The notes under the pieces: model-generated
Seen by the model: only the letters and a program-made list of their open reading frames with translations
Database searches by the model: none
Told to the model about the DNA's origin: nothing
Assembly (NCBI GenBank): GCA_913009335.1
Contig: CAJVXN010000001.1
Span: 71,709-135,708 of the forward strand
Direction of reading: 5' to 3'
From: an uncultured bacterium
GTDB lineage: Bacteria > Omnitrophota > Gorgyraeia > Ghiorseimicrobiales > Ghiorseimicrobiaceae
DNA: 64,000 nucleotides
In this document: in pieces, positions 57,929-64,000 of the stretch
How positions within the stretch are numbered: the first letter of the stretch is position 1
Layout of the letters: every line of letters begins with the position of its first letter
Position numbers and translations under genes: made by a program

Positions 57929-58019
57929 TTTGCCAGGTACTACTCCTAAATCTTAAGTTTAGCTCAAAGTGCCTGGCACTTTTATGATTTTCAAAAAAAA
58001 ATCCAGGCAAATCACCTGG
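57929..58019. repeat. Palindromic (REP-like) elements in 300-nt intergenic spacer upstream of the HUH-fusion gene
   Basis: Inverted arms tgccaggtac (57931-57940) and gtgcctggca (57969-57978). A second palindrome tccaggcaaatcacctgga sits at 58002-58019. Both share a ccagg core. Confidence 0.35.
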
Positions 58020-58212
58020 ATTAATAATTCAATGTTTCGGTAATCTGCCAACCCTCTGCAAAACTATTGCAAAGGGATGCACGACTTTGCGTCCCCAGAT
58101 TACTCCGGGTTTGCCTTTATCGAACTTAAATCTAATTTTTAGAGATCGGCTATTCTTCATTAAAAGTATACCCGATTTTTTGACAATTTCAAGAGGTTAA
58201 CGAATTATTTTC

Positions 58213-58899
58213 CTAGCGAAACCACCCTTTTTTCTTCTTTGTTTTTTCTTTCTTTTGAGACTTTGCTGCCTGCTCTGGATCTTCTTTTAACTCCGGCTGA
58301 GCAATTTTAGCCTCATCCTGAGCTATTTCCACATCCGGAGCCGCTACTACCTCTACTTCTTCTATAAATTCACTGCTAACAGACTCCAGCTCTTCTACAA
58401 CAAGCTCAGGGTTCAATTCTTTCTTTGTGCTACTTACAAAAGAATAGTCTTTTACCTTATTATCAGCTAAATGTCGGCTTAATACTCCGCGCATAACGCC
58501 ATTTTCTACTTCACCCTTCCAGAACGCAAGACCTTTCTTATCGCTAGTCTGCATTGTCTCCCAAATAACTATATCTTCTCCTTTGAGACTCAATGTAAAA
58601 TTCGAAGGTAAAAAACCATCCGATGTCAGTTCTTTCGATTTAATTTGATTATCAACAAAATTCAAGGTATCATTTGTTTTACGTTTCTTCTTCTCGCTTG
58701 TCATCTGTGTAAGTGTAATTTCCCAAGTCGAACCATTAAGCTGATCTTTTACATCTTTAAGGATTTTTCTTGTTTTTTGCGCATCATTAACCTTGTTAGC
58801 AGATGCCTTTTCTGCCCAAGCGAGATTTAAAAAAATAAAAGACAAAAATATAGCTGCAATTACTAAAAAGCTCTTTTTTTTATTAAATAATACTGTCAT
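58213..58899 (-). CDS. Secreted WETMQ-family protein (paralog 2) with lysine-rich C-terminal tail
   Basis: Signal FLVIAAIFLSFIFLNLAWA. Domain LNGSTWEITLTQ...IVIWETMQTSDKKGLAFWKGEVENGVMRGVLSRHLADNKVKDYSFVSS. C-terminus KKEKTKKKKGWFR. Confidence 0.5.
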   Translation of the reverse strand: MTVLFNKKKSFLVIAAIFLSFIFLNLAWAEKASANKVNDAQKTRKILKDVKDQLNGSTWEITLTQMTSEKKKRKTNDTLNFVDNQIKSKELTSDGFLPSNFTLSLKGEDIVIWETMQTSDKKGLAFWKGEVENGVMRGVLSRHLADNKVKDYSFVSSTKKELNPELVVEELESVSSEFIEEVEVVAAPDVEIAQDEAKIAQPELKEDPEQAAKSQKKEKTKKKKGWFR

Positions 58900-58936
58900 A
58901 TTTTCCTCCGCTTAATAATTAATGTCCTCTTTTATC

Positions 58937-60388
58937 CTACTCTTTAATATAGGCTTTTATTATCTTCACATCTTTTTTAGGCTTTTCATTAGAATCAACG
59001 GCGACATTATTAATTTTCTCTACTACCTCGTAACCCGAAGTAACTTCTCCGAATATAGTATGCCGATTGTTTAAATGCGGCGTTGGTTTAACGGTTATAA
59101 AAAATTGGCTCGTATTGGTGTTTGCTCCTGAGTTTGCCATAGCTAACAGCCCGGGCTTATCAAACGAAATATCGTCACTTAACTCATCCTCAAAAGGCTC
59201 GCCCCATAAAGATTCACCGCCTGAACCCGTCCCTTCGGGGTCACCTGTCTGTATCATAAAATCCTTAATCACACGGTGAAATATTATCCCGTTATAATAC
59301 CCTTTTTCAGTCAACCCAATAAAATTCTCACAAGCCTTAGGCGCAATCTCCGGAAATAGCTTTAATTCTATATTACCACTATTAGTCTCCAATACAAGCA
59401 AAGATTTCTTTTTTAATTCTTCTATTTTCAAAGCCCGCCTGTCTTCCGCCACATAATCCCTATAATTCGCGCGTTTAAGTAAATCTTCAAAATATCCCTT
59501 AATTATCTTACGTTTTTTGCCTTGAGTAAGCAAATCTTTATAATATTGTTTTTTCTTATCATTATACTTGGTAACATCCGCTCGCCTTTTATATAAAAGA
59601 CGGAAGACCGCATCTCCGTAATAAAACTTCGCGGCTATAAAACTACCCTCGTCAAAGTCAAGAATCCGATAAGCATCTTCTTTGGGTATCTTCCAAAGGT
59701 CAATTAAAGCCTCCAGAGACATTATATTTATCCAGGATGACCCCTTCTGGCCCAGAGGTTTTTTTTCATCATAAGTATCTTTCCAGAACCTAGGATTACT
59801 TTTTACTTTTTCAAGAAACTTCTGCGCATCTTCCTGATTGTCAAATTTTATATATTCACTCTCGAAAGAATTATATTGGTTTAAAAACTTCTGCTCCATT
59901 TCTTCTTCGGTTACGCTAATTTCGGGATTAGTCTTAACCTGCATAAACTTATTTATGGTAAGCAGGTCTTTAATGCGCTGTTCAAAAATATCGGCACCTT
60001 CTTTTAATTGCGTTACAACCCATATATGATAATCATCACTCTCATATTCAATATCTTTTTCGGAAAGCAGGCGTTTTATTTCTTTTTCAAGTTCATCCTG
60101 ACCTATAGCAATACCTATGTCTTTTGCCTCATGTAAAAATATTAAATTCTGCCAGGCCTCCTGTACAACTTCCTCTTCGGTTCTTTCCTCGGCAGCCTTT
60201 CCCGTGCGCGTAAAAATTAAAGCTGTTTTATAATAATAAGTGAATTCTTCGCCTGTTACGGGCCTGCCAAACGCCTCACCGACCGCGCCGGTGCTTATGC
60301 GTTCCGCTTGCGCTAAACTAAAACTATTAAAACCGCTTATCAAAAATAACCCGACTACGGGAAGTACCGATAAAATCCGTTTAATCAT
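58937..60388 (-). CDS. Periplasmic chaperone/PPIase: SurA-N-like domain fused to cyclophilin-type peptidyl-prolyl isomerase
   Basis: Signal peptide. C-terminal cyclophilin signature GYYNGIIFHRVIKDFMIQTGDPEGTGSGGESLWG...GLLAMANSGANTNTSQFFIT. The N-terminal ~300 aa are helical and SurA/trigger-factor-like. Confidence 0.75.
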   Translation of the reverse strand: MIKRILSVLPVVGLFLISGFNSFSLAQAERISTGAVGEAFGRPVTGEEFTYYYKTALIFTRTGKAAEERTEEEVVQEAWQNLIFLHEAKDIGIAIGQDELEKEIKRLLSEKDIEYESDDYHIWVVTQLKEGADIFEQRIKDLLTINKFMQVKTNPEISVTEEEMEQKFLNQYNSFESEYIKFDNQEDAQKFLEKVKSNPRFWKDTYDEKKPLGQKGSSWINIMSLEALIDLWKIPKEDAYRILDFDEGSFIAAKFYYGDAVFRLLYKRRADVTKYNDKKKQYYKDLLTQGKKRKIIKGYFEDLLKRANYRDYVAEDRRALKIEELKKKSLLVLETNSGNIELKLFPEIAPKACENFIGLTEKGYYNGIIFHRVIKDFMIQTGDPEGTGSGGESLWGEPFEDELSDDISFDKPGLLAMANSGANTNTSQFFITVKPTPHLNNRHTIFGEVTSGYEVVEKINNVAVDSNEKPKKDVKIIKAYIKE

Positions 60389-60912
60389 AATTCTTCTTCA
60401 ACAATCTTTATTTTAACGACCTTCGAAACAAGTTCACCCTTAAACGCATCCAGGCCGATTTCCTCCCCAAATACATTTTGATAAACTGCTTTAACTTCAT
60501 AGACTCCCGGCTCTTTAAAATCGAAGAAATATCTTATATTTCTTTTTCTCTCCGAAGTTATTTCATCTTTAGGATTCAATAATACAAAATAATCACTTTT
60601 AGGAAAACCGGTATCCTGAGATATTTTATAGGGAAGCGCCTCGCCCAGGGGGGAAGTTACGAGCAAATATATTTCTCTATCTTCGCTGTTGCTGTCTTTC
60701 GAATTCAGGAAAAATCTTTTGTTTACATAAACAGGCTTCTTGCCATGATTTTTTAAGGTAAAGGTGATAAAAATCGGTTCTGTTTTTTCATATTCGCTTT
60801 TATCAAAAGAAATACTCAACGCCAAATTGCCTCTTGCCGCGCACGCTCCTTGCTGGCTAAAAAAGAATAAGCCAATTATAATTAAAGCTATCCGGCTAAC
60901 CCTCAACCCCAA
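60385..60912 (-). CDS. Secreted hypothetical protein (175 aa)
   Basis: Signal IALIIIGLFFFSQQGACAARG. No motif recognised. A 4-nt overlap with the PPIase gene suggests translational coupling. Confidence 0.4.
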   Translation of the reverse strand: MGLRVSRIALIIIGLFFFSQQGACAARGNLALSISFDKSEYEKTEPIFITFTLKNHGKKPVYVNKRFFLNSKDSNSEDREIYLLVTSPLGEALPYKISQDTGFPKSDYFVLLNPKDEITSERKRNIRYFFDFKEPGVYEVKAVYQNVFGEEIGLDAFKGELVSKVVKIKIVEEEL

Positions 60913-60931
60913 CTCCTTAGCTGTTCAAATA

Positions 60932-61378
60932 TTATTGTTTATTGGTAAAAGAAAAATCGAATGTCCTGCCGCTATTATCTTTTTGAGTTAATACGCCCCG
61001 CATAACGCCTTCATTGATGTCCCCTCTCCAGAAAGCAAAATTATCTTTTCCGTCAACCTGCATTGTCTCCCATATTACAGTACCGTCTTCTTCGACTCTT
61101 ACGGTAAAATCCGTAGCCTCAAAACCGGCAGACTGTAAATTCTTTGAAGACATTTGACCGTCGCTAAAAATTATCACATCGCTCTCTGCGCTCCCCCCCC
61201 CGGATAAAGGTTTTACCGTTACATTCCACTGCGTACCGTTTAGCTCTTGCTTTTTAGCCGCGGATAGTTCTTTTTCCGATAAAACCTGAGCGGAAGAAAA
61301 ATTAACTATTGAAAAAATTAAACCAGCTGCAACCAATAGCATCAAAAATCGTTTCAACATAACTACCTCCTTGATCAT
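60932..61378 (-). CDS. Secreted WETMQ-family protein (paralog 1, minimal single-domain form)
   Basis: Signal LMLLVAAGLIFSIVNFSSAQ. Domain LNGTQWNVTV...VIWETMQVDGKDNFAFWRGDINEGVMRGVLTQKDNSGRTFDFSFTNK. Confidence 0.5.
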   Translation of the reverse strand: MIKEVVMLKRFLMLLVAAGLIFSIVNFSSAQVLSEKELSAAKKQELNGTQWNVTVKPLSGGGSAESDVIIFSDGQMSSKNLQSAGFEATDFTVRVEEDGTVIWETMQVDGKDNFAFWRGDINEGVMRGVLTQKDNSGRTFDFSFTNKQ

Positions 61379-61380
61379 AT

Positions 61381-62451
61381 TTATCTCATTATTGATTTGC
61401 CGCTATAAGTCTCCCAGGTAAGCAAATATTTTCTCACCCAGTCCACATCTTTATCATCACTCTTACTAAGCCTTAAAAAATGCCGGAAGTTCTCAATAGC
61501 CCTTTCACGATTTACTAAATATTCGGCATAAATATACCCTAAATTAAAATGCGCGTAGGCATCATCCGGGTTAATCTCTATAGCCTTCTCGAATTCCGCG
61601 ATCGCCCGCCTGTATTCCTTATTCTTCGTATAGAACACGCCTAAGTTGTAATGCATCTTAGAGGTTTGCTTAATAAGAACTTTATTCTGCCGGGCAATTT
61701 CGGAAAATTTTTTGGGCATTCTTTGTATCTCTTTTTCCAGCGCCTTATTTTTCTTAACAGCGCCGGCATAATTTTCCTTATATTCATTAAGGCTAGCATC
61801 TAAATCCTCGATTTTGGCATTTGCCCCCTGAAGGTTTTCTTTTAGCTTTGAGATATCTTTCCCGGATTTTTCCTTTAATTTATCAATATCGCTATTAGCC
61901 CGCTTAAAGCGTTTATTCAAATCGTTATTTTCTTTCTTAAGATTAGAATTTTCTTTCTTAAGTTCTTTTACAACTATCTTTTTTACGGCCCTTTCATAAT
62001 CCACCTTAAGTTTATCACGTTCTTTTTCCAGCTCTTTTTTTGTTTCAATAAACTGTTTAAATTCATCTTGTAATTGTTGATACCGGCCGGTTGAATCCTT
62101 TTTTTCGGATTTGAGTAGTTTATTTTCTGAACGCGACTCTTCTAAATAATCTTCTAATTCCTTAGCATCGGATCTTTCCCGAAGAAGCTTTTTTGTCTGC
62201 AGCAGCACATTATCACGGTCATCCATTACTAATTTGTAATCTTTATTTAAAGCGCCGTAATCATTCCTCAATTTCTGATTTTCTGTTGTAAGTCTCTTGT
62301 ATTCAGGGTCCCTGCTTTCTAATTCGTGAGTTATGTCTTTTAGCTCTTGAGAGAGACTTTGAGATTTATGAACAAAATAAATAATTCCTATGCCCGCGAC
62401 AAAAAATAGAATGGATAGACAAATTACTAATATTTTGATTTTGCTCATCAT
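61381..62451 (-). CDS. Bitopic membrane protein with long coiled coil and C-terminal TPR repeats (secretin/pilus-associated scaffold candidate)
   Basis: N-terminal TM ILVICLSILFFVAGIGIIYFV. About 220 aa of K/E-rich heptad coiled coil. C-terminal TPR-like helices NLGVFYTKNKEYRRAIAEFEKAIEINPDDAYAHFNLGYIYAEY. Confidence 0.55.
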   Translation of the reverse strand: MMSKIKILVICLSILFFVAGIGIIYFVHKSQSLSQELKDITHELESRDPEYKRLTTENQKLRNDYGALNKDYKLVMDDRDNVLLQTKKLLRERSDAKELEDYLEESRSENKLLKSEKKDSTGRYQQLQDEFKQFIETKKELEKERDKLKVDYERAVKKIVVKELKKENSNLKKENNDLNKRFKRANSDIDKLKEKSGKDISKLKENLQGANAKIEDLDASLNEYKENYAGAVKKNKALEKEIQRMPKKFSEIARQNKVLIKQTSKMHYNLGVFYTKNKEYRRAIAEFEKAIEINPDDAYAHFNLGYIYAEYLVNRERAIENFRHFLRLSKSDDKDVDWVRKYLLTWETYSGKSIMR

Positions 62452-62485
62452 TTAAGTCTCCTGTAAGTAATCATCAGTTATTGTA

Positions 62486-64000
62486 TTAGTTGTTTCTTTG
62501 AATTCCGCCATATTCACGATAAGACTTTATCCGCGTCTCCGGTGAGCCAACCGGCGCCTTGTAATCCGTTTCCTTAGTAAAAGATTCATAGCCCTTATAT
62601 TCCTTTCCGACCGTAACAAAATCACGTTCATCGCCCGTAGTCAAAGTATCTCCGCTTACAATATAAGGCGTAATCATAACCAATAATTCCGTTCTCGCGG
62701 TCGTCTGCGTACTTGACTTAAATATGTTACCTATTATGGGAATACTCCCGAAGAAAGGAACCTGCTCCGAGGAAGTAATTTCTTCTTCCTTGCGCAGACC
62801 TCCGATAATAATCGTTGAGCCATCTTTAACCAAAACCGTAGTCTCCGCGGTGGAAGTATCAATAATCGGTATCTTGTTTCCTGAGGGCGTCGTAAGGGTT
62901 GAAGTTACGCTGGAAATTTCCGGTTTTATCTTCATTGTCACATAGCCGTCATCATTGATAGTGGGTGTTACGGATAACTGAAGCCCTATATCAACGAATG
63001 TTACCTCCTCGGATACGGTGGATGTGCTTTGCCCTGTTGTAGTAGTCGTCGTGACATATGCCTGGCGTTCACCGACATGAATACGCGCTTCCTGGTTATT
63101 TATCACGGCTAATTTAGGATTAGAAAGAATACGCGTGTCTCCTAAAGTTTGAAGATAATTAATTACAGCGTCAAAATCCCTTCTATTGCCCATTATACCC
63201 ACATGCATATTTTCGCCCGGTACGGTTTTCGTAGTAGATGAATAACCGCTAAACGGATATTCATCGGCATGCGTATCTTCATCATCTATTATAAATTCCC
63301 TCGGGCTTAACGCGTCACGCGCGCCCTGAACAGCGGTAAACGGATATGAACCGAAATAAGTCGAACCGAATCTCGCGGAAATATCAAATAATCCTTCCCA
63401 TTCAACTCCCGTACTTAAAGAATCCGAAAGCTTTACCTTAATAACTTTAGCATCAATTAATACTTGTTTTGTTTTTCCGTCCAATGCCTCAATCAATGTC
63501 TCAATCTCATACATCCTATCGGGTAAAGCCTGTACAATAAGTTGATTTGAGCGCTCATCCGCCCTTATCGAGCCGACTTTCTTAGCATCCAATTGCAGTT
63601 TAAGTTTTTCCTCTACATCTTTAGCCCGGGCATATTTTAAATTGAATACACGCACCAAATTCTTCTTCTCCATTGCCACAAGGGCCGCTTGAATAACTTC
63701 AATACTATCCGGTGTATCCATAATCGTAACAGTGCCGGAGTCCGGTTCAACAAGCACTCTTCCAATGTCACTTTTTAAGGTATCGAATAAAGCAAATGCC
63801 TGCTCCGGTATGGCGTATCTTAAGCGAAAACTCTTTACCTGGCGAAGATCGGAAAACTTCTTTCCAAATAGTGCCTTATATTCATCTTCGGTCATTACAT
63901 TATAAATACCTCCCTGCTTTGTATAAGCAAGCTCATTTGACCGCAGCATAATATCAAAAATATCCTGAACTCTTACATCTTCAACCATAAGAGAAACTCT
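62486..64000 (-). CDS. Secretin (GspD/PilQ family), 5'-partial at window edge
   Basis: C-terminal secretin domain ILSNPKLAVINNQEARIHVGE...VDIGLQLSVTPTINDDGYVTMKIKPEISSV...TTVLVKDGSTIIIGGL...VPFFGSIPIIGNIFKS...TELLVMITPYIV. The reading frame stays open upstream of the annotated Met at 63988 to the window end (...RVSLMVEDVRVQD). Confidence 0.85.
   Translation of the reverse strand, partial: RVSLMVEDVRVQDIFDIMLRSNELAYTKQGGIYNVMTEDEYKALFGKKFSDLRQVKSFRLRYAIPEQAFALFDTLKSDIGRVLVEPDSGTVTIMDTPDSIEVIQAALVAMEKKNLVRVFNLKYARAKDVEEKLKLQLDAKKVGSIRADERSNQLIVQALPDRMYEIETLIEALDGKTKQVLIDAKVIKVKLSDSLSTGVEWEGLFDISARFGSTYFGSYPFTAVQGARDALSPREFIIDDEDTHADEYPFSGYSSTTKTVPGENMHVGIMGNRRDFDAVINYLQTLGDTRILSNPKLAVINNQEARIHVGERQAYVTTTTTTGQSTSTVSEEVTFVDIGLQLSVTPTINDDGYVTMKIKPEISSVTSTLTTPSGNKIPIIDTSTAETTVLVKDGSTIIIGGLRKEEEITSSEQVPFFGSIPIIGNIFKSSTQTTARTELLVMITPYIVSGDTLTTGDERDFVTVGKEYKGYESFTKETDYKAPVGSPETRIKSYREYGGIQRNN

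Noticed and set aside
57966-57990. Perfect sigma-54 -24 element TGGCAC (gtgcctggcacttttatgatt) and a second TGGCAC at ~12345-12352
   Set aside because: No matching -12 TTGC element at the correct spacing. Both are on the plus strand, while all nearby genes are on the minus strand. They are probably part of palindromes rather than promoters.

Overview
This 64-kb window reads as one low-GC bacterial locus. Gene content and the giant ORF suggest an Omnitrophota-like lineage, but that is inference only.

Layout by strand:
- Plus strand, 3..3945: a 5'-partial GltD-family NAD(P)H flavoprotein gene followed by a Cys-type molybdopterin formate dehydrogenase catalytic subunit (NuoG-like N-terminus).
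- Minus strand, 4106..6211: a DedA(VTT)-PAP2 fusion membrane protein.
- Intergenic, 6513..6713: a roughly 90%-identical duplicated fragment of the fdhA 3' end.
- Minus strand, about 64000 down to 7192: a 57-kb run of closely spaced co-directional genes. In transcription order these are:
  - a secretin (5'-partial at the window edge)
  - a TPR/coiled-coil protein
  - several small secreted proteins sharing a novel ~100-aa domain (motif WETMQ...FW[RK]G...GVMRGVLS...DFSF)
  - a SurA-N/cyclophilin PPIase
  - a membrane-anchored protein whose N-terminus is an IS200-like HUH (Y1 transposase) domain
  - a MORN-repeat lipoprotein
  - an 8471-aa giant secreted protein built from about 80 Ig-like ~90-aa repeats, arranged in a ~681-aa supermodule; two copies of that supermodule share a 709-nt stretch that is identical at the nucleotide level
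  - an unknown membrane protein
  - an atypical F-type ATPase module (epsilon N-domain, c, b/delta fusion, alpha, gamma, beta) with no a-subunit gene and a c subunit whose essential carboxylate is replaced by Gln
  - immediately after it (4-nt ATGA overlap), a T2SS/T4P-like apparatus: standalone MshEN c-di-GMP-binding domain, GspE with C-terminal PilZ, GspF, an embedded MA-clan Zn-peptidase, GspG, two minor pseudopilins, GspK, a GspL-like PilM-PilN fusion, and GspM/PilO
  - three sensor histidine kinases and two REC-only response regulators. The kinases are a dCache type, one with a degenerate GGDEF retaining an RxxD I-site, and one with a periplasmic CXXCH heme motif.

The three pseudopilin genes carry a conserved 15-20-nt inverted repeat bracketing the start codon and leader region, and encode unusually long K/R-rich prepilin leaders.

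No rRNA, tRNA or CRISPR array was recognised.
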